From an uncultured Clostridium sp. (lineage in GTDB: Bacteria > Bacillota > Clostridia > TANB77 > CAG-508), in the NCBI GenBank assembly GCA_948473335.1, contig CAOKXF010000001.1:265981-329980 (forward strand): 64,000 nt of DNA, in the 5' to 3' direction. A model generated the notes under the pieces. The model saw only the letters and a program-made list of their open reading frames with translations. It was not told where the DNA came from and did not search any database. Shown here piece by piece: positions 38,862-51,005 of this stretch (position 1 is its first letter; each line of letters opens with the position of its first letter). The position numbers and the translations under genes were made by a program.

Positions 38862-41372
38862 TTATTCTACACTTTTTAAACTTTCAATCATATCTATTTT
38901 CTTTAATACAAAATGGATAATACTGTTAACAATTATCGAAAAAGTAGCTGATATTATTGTAGCATATAAATAGCTAACTGGTAATATATTCCTCATAAAC
39001 CTTAATTTATCAATTTCCACACTTGCAATTATCATATCAGTTAAAAAATATCCAAAAATTAATCCCAAAAATATTCCAATAACTGTAAATGTTATACTTT
39101 CTTTATTTATATAACTATCAACTTCTTTATCATAAAATCCTAGAACTTTTAATGTTGCAATTTCTCTTTGTCTCTCTCCTATATTTATATTTGCTAAATT
39201 ATATAAAACTACAAATGCTAATAATGCTGAAGCTACTATTAAAATTATAACTACATAGTTTAGAGAATTTAACATATCATCAATCGCTTTTGTAGCATCT
39301 GACATCATTACTACACTTGCTACATCTTCAATTTTCAGAAATTCTTCTGATATTTCATTTTTTACTTCTGTTGTCAATTCTTGTGTATTCAGTAAAATCA
39401 TATTTGTTTTATAGCTCTTAATATTATTTTCATAAAAGTTTTTAGTCATATATACATAATTTGAAACATAATTTTCTGCAATTTGTGTCACTTTAAGCGA
39501 ATGTTCTATGTTATCGCTATCTATCAGAATAATACTATCTCCTTGCTTTACATTTAAAAATTCTGATACTTTATCTGATAAAATAATTCCATCTTCAGCC
39601 AATTGTATTTTTTCATGCTTGTCTACATCTTTTAAATTACACACTTTTTCAAAATCTTCTATCGATTCTATAGCAAATATCGTTGTTTCATAATTAATCT
39701 CACTGCCTTTTAATTTACCAGCTGATGCACATATTTTTGAATAATTTTCTATATTTCGGTTGTTTTTTGCTATATCTTCTACTTGCTTTAAGTTTTTATC
39801 ATCTGATAATGAAATAGACATGTCATACGTAAAAATCTCTCCAAATTGTGACTCTGGTATATCTTTTACAGAATCTTTTAACCCAAATCCAGTTAATATC
39901 AGTCCTGTACATCCTGCAATTCCAACTACTGTCATTATTGCTCTTTTCTTATATCTAAAAATATTTCTTGCTGTTACTTTTTTTGAAAAGTTAAATCTTT
40001 TCCATATAAATGAAACCTTTTCTAACCAAATTTTCTTTCCATTTTTAGGTGCTTTTGGTCTCATTAGTACCGATGGCATATTTTTAAGCTCTTTAACAGC
40101 TACTAGTATTGTAGCTCCTCCTATACATACAAAAGCTATTAGTAATCCAACTAATCCTATATCTAATCTGTAAGTAGCGTAAAATTTTGGAATTTGATAT
40201 ATTGTACTATATATTTTCCAAACTATTTTAGGAATCATAGAAAATCCAACTGTCATTCCTAAAAAACCACCTATAACGCATGCTAAAAATGCATATAAAA
40301 TATACTTTATTATTATTTGATTATTGGTATAACCTAAAGCTTTTAATGTTCCTATTTCTGTTCTTTCTTCTTCAATCATTCTCGTCATTGATGTTAAACT
40401 TATCAGAACTGCTACAAGATAAAATATAACTGGAAATAATCTTGCAATATTTGTCATGGTTTTTATTGCATCCATTATATTAGTATATCCTGTATTATCT
40501 TTTCTATCTCTTATATACCACTTTGCTTTTTCAATTTTATCTATCTCATCTTTTGCATAATCTAACTTTCTTTGAGCATCTTCAATTAAATAATTATACC
40601 TTGCTTCTTCTCTTACTTCCTTTATATTTTCTATATTTGAAATTACTGGTGTTACTAAATTCCAATATTCTTCACTATATGCATTTAGTTCCTTTGTTCC
40701 TTTTACTATACTATATATATTTGTATAATAGTCTAAATTTATTACTCCTTCATTTGTATATATAAAAAAATCTATTGTACCATTTCCTATTGTTGTATTT
40801 CCTCTTTCACCAGATATATATATTGGTGATTCTGCAATTCCTACTATTTTAAATTCCTTTTCATTAAAAATTGGAGTATCTTCTGTATTTAATTCATCAT
40901 TTTCAAGTATTATAGTTTTTCCAATATATTCAGAAAAATTAGTTGTTATTGAGTAATTTTTATCTAGTAAACATTCTTTTTCATTTTCTGGTAACCTTCC
41001 TTCTATTACTACTGGTGTATTTGAATTTTCATTGTATTCTATAACTTTACATATACCTTCATTTTCTTCTATAATTGCCATACTGTCTTTTGTTTTTGAT
41101 CCATAGGTACTTTCTATTCCATCTATTTTGTTTATTGATTCTATGTCTTTCTCTGTTAGTCCTAATGTAGAAATAATATCTATATCAAATAAATTATTTG
41201 TATCTGCATAGTGGTCTAAGCTGTCTCTCATATCTGGTCCAGTCGCTATTAGTCCAGAAAAAAAGCCAACCCCTAAAAAAGCCATTATTAAAATTGATAT
41301 AAATCTTCTTCTGGTTTTTATTATTTCTTTAAAATTATTTTTCCATAAGGATTTTTTCATATTATTTACCAC
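38862..41372 (-). CDS. ABC transporter permease, FtsX/MacB family, with a large extracytoplasmic domain
   Basis: 836 aa with duplicated FtsX 4-TM modules. Confidence 0.8.
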   Translation of the reverse strand: MVNNMKKSLWKNNFKEIIKTRRRFISILIMAFLGVGFFSGLIATGPDMRDSLDHYADTNNLFDIDIISTLGLTEKDIESINKIDGIESTYGSKTKDSMAIIEENEGICKVIEYNENSNTPVVIEGRLPENEKECLLDKNYSITTNFSEYIGKTIILENDELNTEDTPIFNEKEFKIVGIAESPIYISGERGNTTIGNGTIDFFIYTNEGVINLDYYTNIYSIVKGTKELNAYSEEYWNLVTPVISNIENIKEVREEARYNYLIEDAQRKLDYAKDEIDKIEKAKWYIRDRKDNTGYTNIMDAIKTMTNIARLFPVIFYLVAVLISLTSMTRMIEEERTEIGTLKALGYTNNQIIIKYILYAFLACVIGGFLGMTVGFSMIPKIVWKIYSTIYQIPKFYATYRLDIGLVGLLIAFVCIGGATILVAVKELKNMPSVLMRPKAPKNGKKIWLEKVSFIWKRFNFSKKVTARNIFRYKKRAIMTVVGIAGCTGLILTGFGLKDSVKDIPESQFGEIFTYDMSISLSDDKNLKQVEDIAKNNRNIENYSKICASAGKLKGSEINYETTIFAIESIEDFEKVCNLKDVDKHEKIQLAEDGIILSDKVSEFLNVKQGDSIILIDSDNIEHSLKVTQIAENYVSNYVYMTKNFYENNIKSYKTNMILLNTQELTTEVKNEISEEFLKIEDVASVVMMSDATKAIDDMLNSLNYVVIILIVASALLAFVVLYNLANINIGERQREIATLKVLGFYDKEVDSYINKESITFTVIGIFLGLIFGYFLTDMIIASVEIDKLRFMRNILPVSYLYATIISATFSIIVNSIIHFVLKKIDMIESLKSVE

Positions 41373-42067
41373 TCTATTTCTTCTATTGATACTGGTGTAT
41401 CATTTATTTCTATTTTTTCAGCCATTCCATTTTTAAAATAGATAACTTTATCTGCCATTGGAGAAATAGCTGTATTGTGTGTAATTATTATGACTGTCAT
41501 GTTTTCTTTTCTTGCCATATCTTGTAGAAGTTTTAAAATGCTTTTACCTGTTTTATAGTCTAACGCTCCTGTTGGTTCATCACACAGTAAAAGTTTTGGA
41601 TTTTTTGCTATTGCTCTTGCTATTGCTACTCTCTGTTGCTCTCCTCCTGATAATTGCGATGGAAAATTATTTTTCCTTTCTTCTAATCCTACTTTGCTTA
41701 ATATATTTTCTACATCTAATGCATCTGCACAAAGTTGTGTTGCTAGTTCTACATTTTCTTTAGCCGTTAAATTTTGGACTAAATTATAAAATTGAAAAAC
41801 AAATCCAATATCGTTTCTTCTATATCTTACTAATTGCTTATTATTTAGTTCTGTTAAATCTTTTTCATCTACATAAACATTGCCTGATGTTGCTGTATCC
41901 ATTCCTCCTAATATATTTAATGTTGTTGTTTTCCCTGCTCCACTTGGTCCTACAATAACTACTAATTCTCCCTTATTTATTTGGAAACTTGTATCATTCA
42001 ATGCATTTATCTCTACTTCTCCCATTTTGTATTTTTTATTTACATTTTTAAATTCTATATAACTCAT
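41366..42067 (-). CDS. ABC transporter ATP-binding protein (MacB/LolD-type)
   Basis: [23 protein letters not shown] and [11 protein letters not shown] motifs. Confidence 0.85.
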   Translation of the reverse strand: MSYIEFKNVNKKYKMGEVEINALNDTSFQINKGELVVIVGPSGAGKTTTLNILGGMDTATSGNVYVDEKDLTELNNKQLVRYRRNDIGFVFQFYNLVQNLTAKENVELATQLCADALDVENILSKVGLEERKNNFPSQLSGGEQQRVAIARAIAKNPKLLLCDEPTGALDYKTGKSILKLLQDMARKENMTVIIITHNTAISPMADKVIYFKNGMAEKIEINDTPVSIEEIEW

Positions 42068-42083
42068 TAATTTGGGTCTCCTT

Positions 42084-42563
42084 TTAATACATAGTTTTAT
42101 TTTCTATATCCTGAAATTTTCTAAATACTTCTAATGCTTCTTCACTTTTTATATGATGTCTTTTTAAAATATCTTGTTTTTTTCCATTTATGTAATCGTA
42201 AATTATATCATCCCTAAATCCTATGTTATTTGCATCTTTTTTAGTATTCGCATAATATATCTCTTTTATATTAGACCAAATAATTGCCGATAAACACATT
42301 GGACATGGTTCTGTACTTGTATATAAAATACATTCTGATAAGTCATTTGTTTTTAATATCATTGATGCTTGTCTAATTGCATTAATTTCTGCATGTGCAG
42401 TTGGATCTATACTCTCAATTACTGTATTATGTGCAGATGTTATGATTTTTCCATTTTTCACTATTACAGCTCCAAATGGTCCTCCTTTTTTATAATTATT
42501 TTCCTTATTTATTTGCGATTCTTGTATTGCTAATTTTATTGCTTTATCATCTATATTATTCAT
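42084..42563 (-). CDS. tadA: tRNA-specific adenosine deaminase
   Basis: 159 aa. Has HAEINAIRQA and PCPMC zinc-binding motifs. Confidence 0.8.
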   Translation of the reverse strand: MNNIDDKAIKLAIQESQINKENNYKKGGPFGAVIVKNGKIITSAHNTVIESIDPTAHAEINAIRQASMILKTNDLSECILYTSTEPCPMCLSAIIWSNIKEIYYANTKKDANNIGFRDDIIYDYINGKKQDILKRHHIKSEEALEVFRKFQDIENKTMY

Positions 42564-42770
42564 TTTTTACCTTCTTACTCAATATTAATCTTCGTGTATA
42601 ATATCACATTTTCTGTCTTTTGTTAATACTCTTTTGACAATATGTTTTGAAAGTTTAATATATAATATTTTTGTTATACTAAAACTCATATTAAGTAGAA
42701 GATTATTGTGGTTCAGTATATGAATAATAAAAACTGGTTATACTATTTTAAAATTATGGAGGTGTATTAT

Positions 42771-43322
42771 ATGAAATTAACAATATGTGAATTAAGTTAT
42801 TTAAATGAATTAATTACAAGTTGCGTAAATACTATTACTTGTATGTCTTTATTTAAAAATCAAGTTAATGATGCTGAACTAAAATCTTTATTATGCACAC
42901 ATTTTCCTGTGCACATTGAAGATTACAATAAAAAAGTAGAATTTGTAAAAAATGTTGATACTGCATCAGGTAAATTAAATGTTCCTGAGCTTAATACTTC
43001 TATCTTCGCAGAAAATATTGAAAAGTGTAAACTTGCTGAACCTATTACTATAAATACTAATATTACAAATTTAACCGATAGAGAGATTGCTTTATCATAT
43101 TTTCTTACTCTGAAAAGAGCTGGTAAAGAATATGCTATTGCTTCAATGGAAGCAACTAATCCTACTTTAAGACAATTTTTAAAGGATGCTTATACTATGA
43201 GTTGTAATCATTCTTTTGAAGTTTATGAATGGATGACAAAAAATAGTTTTTATCCTATTATTTTAACTACTGGTGACCAAACTGGTGATATTTCTAGTAT
43301 TTATAATCCTATATCTTTATAA
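42771..43322 (+). CDS. Spore coat protein F (Coat_F domain)-like
   Basis: LTDREIALSYFLTLKRAGKEYAIASMEATNPTLRQFL is a Coat_F-type signature. The in-frame M at 42771 (MKLTICELSYL) is the probable start. The ORF track starts it at 42708. Confidence 0.5.
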   Translation: MKLTICELSYLNELITSCVNTITCMSLFKNQVNDAELKSLLCTHFPVHIEDYNKKVEFVKNVDTASGKLNVPELNTSIFAENIEKCKLAEPITINTNITNLTDREIALSYFLTLKRAGKEYAIASMEATNPTLRQFLKDAYTMSCNHSFEVYEWMTKNSFYPIILTTGDQTGDISSIYNPISL

Positions 43323-43468
43323 TATTTATCTTTTGATATTTCATGCTGTGCATTGGATTTCTTATATTTTTTGTTTTTTCTGTTGACTTTTTATGTAAAA
43401 TATGGTAAAATTAAATTATGAAACGTTACAAATAGTAACAAAAAAACAGAAAACTGGAGGATACAACT

Positions 43469-43870
43469 ATGTACACAACAACAAATTTGTTCACGATTAA
43501 TGCAACCATTCGGCACGCTCAGACGCAACTGGGTGATGAGATAAGGGCTTTCATTATTCTTGAAGGATCACGGAGCTTTAATTACTGCCATGTAGGAGTC
43601 AGCTTCAATATGCAGAAGAGTACAGACGCTGCACAGCTTAAGTACTTCAAGGAATTGGCTAAAGTTAATTGGTTAGCCGATTTAAAGAACTTTAAGCTGA
43701 GAGCAATTGTAAGGTGGTCTGCAAACAGAGAGCTGGAACTATTGGCAATCGGGTATCGCGCCATAGATTTGTTCTATGTCCTTGACGGGCCTGGAACCAC
43801 TACAAATGAAGAAGGCGCACTAAAGATGATTGAGCAGTCCATCACCATGAGGGAAGGGTTGCAACAGTGA
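43469..43870 (+). CDS. Hypothetical protein in a compositionally foreign (about 47% GC) ORF
   Basis: 133 aa. Uses CGG, CGC and GCG codons that are almost absent elsewhere. Preceded by an AT-rich TTGACT / TGgTAAAAT promoter and a GGAGG RBS. Followed by a GC-rich hairpin. Confidence 0.5.
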   Translation: MYTTTNLFTINATIRHAQTQLGDEIRAFIILEGSRSFNYCHVGVSFNMQKSTDAAQLKYFKELAKVNWLADLKNFKLRAIVRWSANRELELLAIGYRAIDLFYVLDGPGTTTNEEGALKMIEQSITMREGLQQ

Positions 43871-43901
43871 AGCATTGGAAACCAAATTCCTTTGCGCCAG
43901 T

Positions 43902-43936
43902 GCGAAAACGACGACGATGTGTATCGTCGCTTTCGC
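43902..43936 (+). terminator. GC-rich hairpin gcgaaaacgacgacgat-gtgt-atcgtcgctttcgc
   Basis: 14 to 15-bp stem immediately 3' of the GC-rich ORF. It has no T tail, so it is atypical for this genome. Confidence 0.35.
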
Positions 43937-43951
43937 TTAATTATTGAATTT

Positions 43952-44671
43952 TTATTGTATACGAAAATTTAATATATCTTTTACATCATCGTTAGTTAAA
44001 TAATTATATTTAATCATCTTCTCCATAACCTGTCTTTGCCTCTGTTTTGCAAGTTCAGGATTTTTTGTTGGAGCATAAACAGATGGTGCATTTGGTATGC
44101 CTGCTAACAATATTGCTTCATAATCTGTCATTTCATTCAATTCTTTATTAAAATACCCTCTACACGCTTCTTTCACTGTATAATATCCATCTCCAAAATA
44201 GCTAGTATTTAAATATAATTCTAAAATTTTATCTTTATCATAATTTTTTTCTATTTCAAATGACATAAAAACTTCTGCAATTTTTCTAGTAATTTTCTTT
44301 TCCTGAGTAAAATAAATATTTTTTGATAATTGCTGTGTTATTGTACTTCCTCCTTCTACAAATTCCATTGCTTTTATATCATTTACTGCTGCTCTGCATA
44401 TTGCAATTATATCTATTCCATTATGTTCATAAAATCTATGGTCTTCCACTGAGATAACCGCATTTTTATATATTTGTGGTATTTCGTTTATTTTAGTATA
44501 ATTTTCTTTTTTTTGAATACTAGCGACTTTTTCTTCTAAAGGCATTATTTTTAATGCATCTTTATACATGTTATATCCTTGTCCCACTAATAATAGACCT
44601 ATACTTATTGATATTGCTATTATTGTTAGCATTACTAATATTACATTTCTTAATATTTTCATTTCCATCAC
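43952..44671 (-). CDS. Monofunctional peptidoglycan glycosyltransferase (GT51 transglycosylase domain)
   Basis: 239 aa with an N-terminal TM segment. Has EDHRFYEHNGID and GGSTITQQL motifs. Confidence 0.8.
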   Translation of the reverse strand: MMEMKILRNVILVMLTIIAISISIGLLLVGQGYNMYKDALKIMPLEEKVASIQKKENYTKINEIPQIYKNAVISVEDHRFYEHNGIDIIAICRAAVNDIKAMEFVEGGSTITQQLSKNIYFTQEKKITRKIAEVFMSFEIEKNYDKDKILELYLNTSYFGDGYYTVKEACRGYFNKELNEMTDYEAILLAGIPNAPSVYAPTKNPELAKQRQRQVMEKMIKYNYLTNDDVKDILNFRIQ

Positions 44672-44822
44672 CTTAGCTTTCTATTTTATATATCTTTATT
44701 ATATTATACTTTTTACATAAAATAGTTGCCATTGATTTCTATTACAATAATCTTACATTTTTGTAATATTAATTTTTATAGTGTATTATCCTCTCTTTTT
44801 TAAAATTATGGATACTTCTTAA

Positions 44823-45968
44823 TTAACTCTTCCTTTTATTTTTTGATACAATATTTGTAATTACTACAAACAATAGTATAAATCCAATTATAACAGTCAT
44901 ATTTATCAAAACTGGTTTCAAAGTCTCAAAATTGAATTCTTCAACTGTTTTCAATAATTCATTGCTTTTAATATACCAATATGATGGCAAAATATGTGCT
45001 ATCTTTAATACAGTATCTGGTAACCATTCCATTGGTACAAAAGAGCCACATAAAAAGCTTGAACCTAAAGCTACTACATTTACTATTCCATTTATCGCTT
45101 CCTTATTATTCATTATATTTCCAATTAAAAATGCTATTGTTAGTGCACATATAGTAAATATCAATGAATTTGCCATATACATTACTCCATGCATTGTAAA
45201 CATTACATTACCTAGTAATATAAAACTTAATAGTACATAGAAAATCCATAATACTACTGCAAATAAACCATTAGATATTAATAATTGTTTATTATACTTT
45301 TTATAATTCATACTACTTATAATAGTTCTTTTTTGTATTTTTTCATTTTTGAAACTTGATAAAATCAGACAAACTACATATACACATCCTGCTAAAATAG
45401 CGTAGTTAGCAAAATTATAGTAAAATGCTACTCTTGATAATTGATTTGTATCTAATTTTGAAGTCACTTCTATTTTACTCTGTTTTGCTAATGTATTATT
45501 CACATTTGAAATTAGTTCATCTTCTGTATTAAATGTTTTTAGATATATATTTGCCACTTTAATATATCTTTCTAACATCATTTCTGCAAGACTTGATTGG
45601 TAATCTCCTGTACTTTTTATTTCTATTTTTGGATTTTTATTATCTAAAAAATCCTTCCTATAATTATTTGGTATATATATTATATAATTTACATCTCTAT
45701 AAAATAGTGCATCGTTGATTGCTTCTTCATCAGCTTTTATATCTATTATATTACTATTTTTCTCTATATAATTTATTAGATCTTCAGTTACTCCTATCTT
45801 TTCATCATTATTTATTATTAAGATGTCTGGCTTACTTGCTACAAAATTTGTCGAATTATCACTAGTTGTCATATTGAATGCACCAAATAATACTAAAATT
45901 ATTGTATATGTTATAATTGGTACTTTACATTTATTTAATACTTTTAAAAATGTTCTAAATATTGTCAT
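44823..45968 (-). CDS. ABC-2 type transporter permease
   Basis: 381 aa. A large extracellular loop is followed by a 6-TM domain. Confidence 0.6.
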   Translation of the reverse strand: MTIFRTFLKVLNKCKVPIITYTIILVLFGAFNMTTSDNSTNFVASKPDILIINNDEKIGVTEDLINYIEKNSNIIDIKADEEAINDALFYRDVNYIIYIPNNYRKDFLDNKNPKIEIKSTGDYQSSLAEMMLERYIKVANIYLKTFNTEDELISNVNNTLAKQSKIEVTSKLDTNQLSRVAFYYNFANYAILAGCVYVVCLILSSFKNEKIQKRTIISSMNYKKYNKQLLISNGLFAVVLWIFYVLLSFILLGNVMFTMHGVMYMANSLIFTICALTIAFLIGNIMNNKEAINGIVNVVALGSSFLCGSFVPMEWLPDTVLKIAHILPSYWYIKSNELLKTVEEFNFETLKPVLINMTVIIGFILLFVVITNIVSKNKRKS

Positions 45969-47148
45969 ATTTTTGCCTCCTTAAACTTAATATTGATATA
46001 CCTATCATTATAAGAGCAAAAATAAGTAAACTTGCTATATTAAAATAAAATCTATCTAATGTTTCATAATAATATAATGAATAAAAACCATCTGTTATCA
46101 TACTTGCTGGATTTAATTTATTTACTATTGGTATATTTTTATCTATTATGTATTTCATTGTTATTCCCATCATTCCTGACAAGAAGCATCCTAACATTGT
46201 TACTGATATTATAATACCTGTTTTTACATTATCATTTGTTTTAAATACTGTTGCAACCACTATTCCTAGTGATAACCCTGCTAAACTTCCTACTGATGAC
46301 AATAATATAATAAGTGGTAAATTATTTCCATAATCTACTTTTAGTACAAATATAGTATATGCTAGTAATAATCCTACACCTATTAACTGTGTTATATAGC
46401 TTGCTAAAACACTACTCCATATTATTTTTCCTTTTGAAGTTGGACTGACAGCCACTCTTTTTCCATTACTGCTCATATTTGCTAAGTTCTTATTTATTGA
46501 ATACATACCTAGTATTCCTCCATAAAGGCATGCCATAGCTATTAATGTATAAAACTCTACCATTGTATAGCTTAAATTTTTATTGGATATGTTTTCTATA
46601 TTAATATTATTTTCTTTCAACATTTGTGTAACATCATTATACACTGTTGCATATAATGAATTGAAATTTCCTGTCTCTTCTGGAAACATTGCATTTTGTT
46701 CTGCTATTCTTTTTTCTGCTACTTTTATCATTATTTCTTCTGATTGTAATATTTCTTCAGTTACATATTTTAATATTGTTTCGTTTATTCCGCTAGTACT
46801 AACTACTATTTTAAGTTCTTCTTCAAATATTAAATATCCATCAATTTCTGCATCTTCCAATAGCTGTTTTGCTTCTTCTTCTGTTGTATATTTCGTGTTG
46901 AATAATCTTTCATCACTGTTTTCGTCACTTAATATTTTGAATGTTTCTTTAAATACTTCATTATTTTTATATTCTTTATTTTCTACTATGGCTATATTTA
47001 TAATGTCCAATTTTTCACTATTCTCTATGTTTGAAAATGCCATATTGAAAAATGTTCCTAATATTATTGGAAAGGCAAAAGTCCAAAATATTAGTATTCT
47101 ACTTTTGAAGAGAGTTTTTAAGGCATATTTAAAATTATGTATAAACAT
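45955..47148 (-). CDS. ABC-2 type transporter permease
   Basis: 397 aa. Paralogous architecture to the downstream permease. Confidence 0.6.
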   Translation of the reverse strand: MFIHNFKYALKTLFKSRILIFWTFAFPIILGTFFNMAFSNIENSEKLDIINIAIVENKEYKNNEVFKETFKILSDENSDERLFNTKYTTEEEAKQLLEDAEIDGYLIFEEELKIVVSTSGINETILKYVTEEILQSEEIMIKVAEKRIAEQNAMFPEETGNFNSLYATVYNDVTQMLKENNINIENISNKNLSYTMVEFYTLIAMACLYGGILGMYSINKNLANMSSNGKRVAVSPTSKGKIIWSSVLASYITQLIGVGLLLAYTIFVLKVDYGNNLPLIILLSSVGSLAGLSLGIVVATVFKTNDNVKTGIIISVTMLGCFLSGMMGITMKYIIDKNIPIVNKLNPASMITDGFYSLYYYETLDRFYFNIASLLIFALIMIGISILSLRRQKYDNI

Positions 47149-48086
47149 TAGTCTCTTAATTCCTTTCCTGTTAATTCTAGAAATACATCATTTAATGTTG
47201 GTCTTTCTGAAAATATTTTACTATATTTTATACTCTCTTCTTTCAAATAATCTATTAGCTCTATTAGATTATTTTTGCCTTTTTTATATGTTATTAATAA
47301 TGTTTCATTAGCGTATTCAACTTTTTCTACATTTTCAAATTGTTTTATTTTTTCTATATATTTATTATCTAGTTGCATTACTTCTACTGTTACCTTTTCT
47401 TCGATTTTTGCTAGTTCTTTTAATTCATCTGTTGTTCCACTTGCTATGATTTTTCCTTTATCTATTATTATTACTCTATCACATAATATTTCTACTTCTT
47501 CCATATAATGTGTTGTATAAATTATCGTTGCTCCATCATCTCTTAACTTTTTTATCCCATCTAGTATATTATTTCTACTTTGCGGATCAACCGCTACTGT
47601 TGGTTCGTCTAAAAATATTATTTTTGGTTTATGTGCTATTCCACATGCTATATTTAGTCTTCTTAATAGTCCTCCTGATAATTGTTTTGGATAGAATTTT
47701 TTAAATTCTTCTAACCCTACTAATTTTATTGCTTCTTCTATATATTTTTTTCGTGTTTCTTTGTCTTTTATATATAGTCCACAAAAATAGTCTATGTTGT
47801 CATATACATTTAATTCTTCGAATACTGCTACATCTTGGAATACTACTCCTATTTGTCTTTTTATGTCATAAGCATTTGGTTTCATTTCTTTATCAAATAT
47901 CTTAATGCTTCCATTACTAAAATTTAATAATGATAATATGCAATTAATTGTTGTCGTTTTCCCACTTCCATTTGGTCCTAATAATCCTAATATCTCACCT
48001 TCATGTACTTCAAATGATAAATTATCTACTGCTTTTAGTCTCTTGTATTCTTTTGTTAAGTTCTTTATTTCTATTACATTTTTCAA
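47148..48086 (-). CDS. ABC transporter ATP-binding protein
   Basis: GPNGSGKTT, LSGGLLRRLNIA and FLDEPTVAVD motifs. Confidence 0.85.
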   Translation of the reverse strand: MKNVIEIKNLTKEYKRLKAVDNLSFEVHEGEILGLLGPNGSGKTTTINCILSLLNFSNGSIKIFDKEMKPNAYDIKRQIGVVFQDVAVFEELNVYDNIDYFCGLYIKDKETRKKYIEEAIKLVGLEEFKKFYPKQLSGGLLRRLNIACGIAHKPKIIFLDEPTVAVDPQSRNNILDGIKKLRDDGATIIYTTHYMEEVEILCDRVIIIDKGKIIASGTTDELKELAKIEEKVTVEVMQLDNKYIEKIKQFENVEKVEYANETLLITYKKGKNNLIELIDYLKEESIKYSKIFSERPTLNDVFLELTGKELRD

Positions 48087-48176
48087 CTTACTTTCCCCCT
48101 TATTTTGTTTGCTGAATTTATATTAACACAAAAAGAAGCATTTATCAATATAAATACTTCTTTAAAAATGTAAACT

Positions 48177-51005
48177 TTATACTATATATTTATCCTTTAA
48201 AAATTTTCCAGTATAACTTCTTTCATTTTTACATATTTGTTCTGGTGTACCACAAGCTATTATCTCTCCTCCGTTGTCTCCACCTTCTGGACCTAAATCA
48301 ATTATATAATCTGATGTCTTTATTAAATCTAAATTATGTTCTATTACAATAATTGTATTTCCTGTATCTACTAATCTTTGTAAAATATCTACTAATCTAT
48401 GGACATCTGCTATGTGTAAACCTGTTGTTGGTTCATCTAATATATATAATGTCTTTCCTGTCGCCCTTTTTGACAATTCTGTTGCAAGTTTTACACGCTG
48501 TGCTTCTCCTCCTGATAAAGTAGTTGATGGCTGTCCTAATTTTATATATCCTAATCCTACATCAGCTAATGTTTGTATCTTTTGCTTTATTTTTGGTATT
48601 TTATCGAAGAATATTAGAGCTTCTTCAACTGTCATATCTAATACTTCTGCTATATCTTTTCCTCTATATTTTACTTCTAATGTTTCTCTATTATATCTTT
48701 TCCCTTTACATACTTCGCAAGGCACATATATATCTGGTAGGAAATGCATTTCTATCTTGTGTACTCCATCTCCTGAACAGCTTTCACATCTTCCTCCTGC
48801 TACATTGAAACTAAATCTGCCTTTTTCATATCCTCTCATCCTTGCTTCATTTGTTCCCGCAAATATATCTCTTATTAAATCAAACACTCCTGTATATGTT
48901 GCTGGATTTGAGCGTGGCGTTCTTCCTATTGGTGATTGGTCTATATTGATTATTTTATCAATATTTTCTATTCCTTTTATTCCTTTACATTTCCCAGGTT
49001 TTTCTGTAGATTTATTTATCTCTTTTGCTAAATTTTTATATAATACTTCGTTTACTAATGTACTCTTTCCTGACCCTGATACACCTGTTATACATGTAAA
49101 TACTCCTAATGGAAATTTTACACTTACATTTTTTAGATTATTTTCTGTTGCATTACATACTTCAATTACTTTACCTTTTGTTATTTTTCTTCTACTTTTT
49201 GGAACTTTTATTTGTTTTCTCCCACTTAAATAATCTCCTGTTATTGAACCATCTATTTTTTTGATTTCTTCTGCTGTTCCTTGTGCCATTACATTTCCTC
49301 CATGTACTCCTGCTCCTGGTCCTATGTCTATTATTTGATCTGCTGCATACATTGTATCTTCATCATGCTCTACAACAAGTAATGTATTTCCTAAATCTCT
49401 TAATTTTTTTAGCGTTGCTAATAATTTTTCGTTATCTCTTTGATGTAATCCTATACTTGGTTCATCTAATATATACAATACTCCTGTTAATCCTGATCCT
49501 ATTTGTGTTGCTAGTCTTATTCTTTGTGCTTCTCCTCCTGATAAAGTTCCACTGCTTCTACTTAATGTTAAATATTCAAGTCCTACATCTATTAAAAATT
49601 GTAATCTATTGTCTATTTCTTTTAATATCATTTCTGATATCATCGCTTCTGTTTTATTTAATTTTAAATCACTTAAATATTTCTTTATGTTTCTTATTGA
49701 CATTTCTGTTAATTCATTTATATTTTTGTCTCCTATTTTAACTGATAATACTTCCTTTTTTAGTCTTGCTCCATTACATACTAAACAAGGTGATTCGCTC
49801 ATATACATTTCATAAAAATCTCTCATTCCTTGTGATTTAGTTTCCCTATATCTCCTATCTAGTGTTGGTATTACTCCTTCGAATGGTGTTGTAAATTTTC
49901 TTATTCCTGATGGTGACTCAAATTCAAAATCAATTTTTTCATTTCCTGTTCCATATAGTATCTTTTCTAAAAATTCTCTTGGCAATTTATTTATTGGCTT
50001 TTTGATGTCTACTCCATAATGATTTCCTATACTCTCAAAATACATCTTCGCCATTGTTTCGCCTTTTTTCATTGTACTTGAACCAAATGCTCTGACCCCA
50101 TCATATAAGGTTTTATTTTTATCTGGAATTATTAGTTCTTCATCCATTCTCATTAAATATCCTATACCTGTACATTCTGGACATGCTCCAAATGGATTGT
50201 TAAATGAAAACATTCTTGGTGTTAGTTCTGGAAAACTGAATCCACAGTCTGGACATGCATAATTTGAACTATATAATATTTCTTTTTCTCCTATAATATC
50301 TACTTTTACCAGATTATCTGCAAATTTTAATGCTGTTTCTACTGATTCTGCTAATCTGCTTCTTATTTCATCTTTTATGACTAATCTGTCTACTATTAAA
50401 TCTATATCATGTTTTTTCTTTCTATCTATTTCTATGTCATCTGTTAGTTCATATATTTCTCCATCTATTTTTGCACGTATAAATCCTTGCTTTTGGAATT
50501 CTTCTAATTGTTTTGTGTATTCTCCTTTTCTTCCTCTTACTACTGGCGCCAATATTTGTATTTTTGTTCCTTCTTTTAAATTTAATATGTTGTCTATAAT
50601 TTGGTCTAATGTTTGTTTTTCTATTTTTTTGTTACAGTTTGGGCAATATGGTACTCCTATTCTAGCATATAATAAACGTACATAATCATATATTTCAGTT
50701 ACTGTTCCTACTGTTGAACGTGGGTTTTTAGATGTTGTTTTTTGGTCTATTGATATTGCTGGTGATAATCCTTCTATTGATTCTACATCTGGTTTCTCCA
50801 TTAACCCTAAGAATTGTCTTGCATATGATGATAGACTTTCTACATATCTTCTTTGTCCTTCTGCATATAATGTGTCAAATGCTAATGATGATTTTCCTGA
50901 ACCTGATAATCCTGTTATTACTACTAGCTTATCTCTTGGTATTTCTAAATTTATATTCTTTAAATTATGCTCTTTTGCTCCTTTTATTACTATTTTGTCA
51001 TTCAT
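48177..51005 (-). CDS. uvrA: Excinuclease ABC subunit A
   Basis: 942 aa. Has two ABC modules and zinc fingers. Full-length and intact. Confidence 0.95.
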   Translation of the reverse strand: MNDKIVIKGAKEHNLKNINLEIPRDKLVVITGLSGSGKSSLAFDTLYAEGQRRYVESLSSYARQFLGLMEKPDVESIEGLSPAISIDQKTTSKNPRSTVGTVTEIYDYVRLLYARIGVPYCPNCNKKIEKQTLDQIIDNILNLKEGTKIQILAPVVRGRKGEYTKQLEEFQKQGFIRAKIDGEIYELTDDIEIDRKKKHDIDLIVDRLVIKDEIRSRLAESVETALKFADNLVKVDIIGEKEILYSSNYACPDCGFSFPELTPRMFSFNNPFGACPECTGIGYLMRMDEELIIPDKNKTLYDGVRAFGSSTMKKGETMAKMYFESIGNHYGVDIKKPINKLPREFLEKILYGTGNEKIDFEFESPSGIRKFTTPFEGVIPTLDRRYRETKSQGMRDFYEMYMSESPCLVCNGARLKKEVLSVKIGDKNINELTEMSIRNIKKYLSDLKLNKTEAMISEMILKEIDNRLQFLIDVGLEYLTLSRSSGTLSGGEAQRIRLATQIGSGLTGVLYILDEPSIGLHQRDNEKLLATLKKLRDLGNTLLVVEHDEDTMYAADQIIDIGPGAGVHGGNVMAQGTAEEIKKIDGSITGDYLSGRKQIKVPKSRRKITKGKVIEVCNATENNLKNVSVKFPLGVFTCITGVSGSGKSTLVNEVLYKNLAKEINKSTEKPGKCKGIKGIENIDKIINIDQSPIGRTPRSNPATYTGVFDLIRDIFAGTNEARMRGYEKGRFSFNVAGGRCESCSGDGVHKIEMHFLPDIYVPCEVCKGKRYNRETLEVKYRGKDIAEVLDMTVEEALIFFDKIPKIKQKIQTLADVGLGYIKLGQPSTTLSGGEAQRVKLATELSKRATGKTLYILDEPTTGLHIADVHRLVDILQRLVDTGNTIIVIEHNLDLIKTSDYIIDLGPEGGDNGGEIIACGTPEQICKNERSYTGKFLKDKYIV

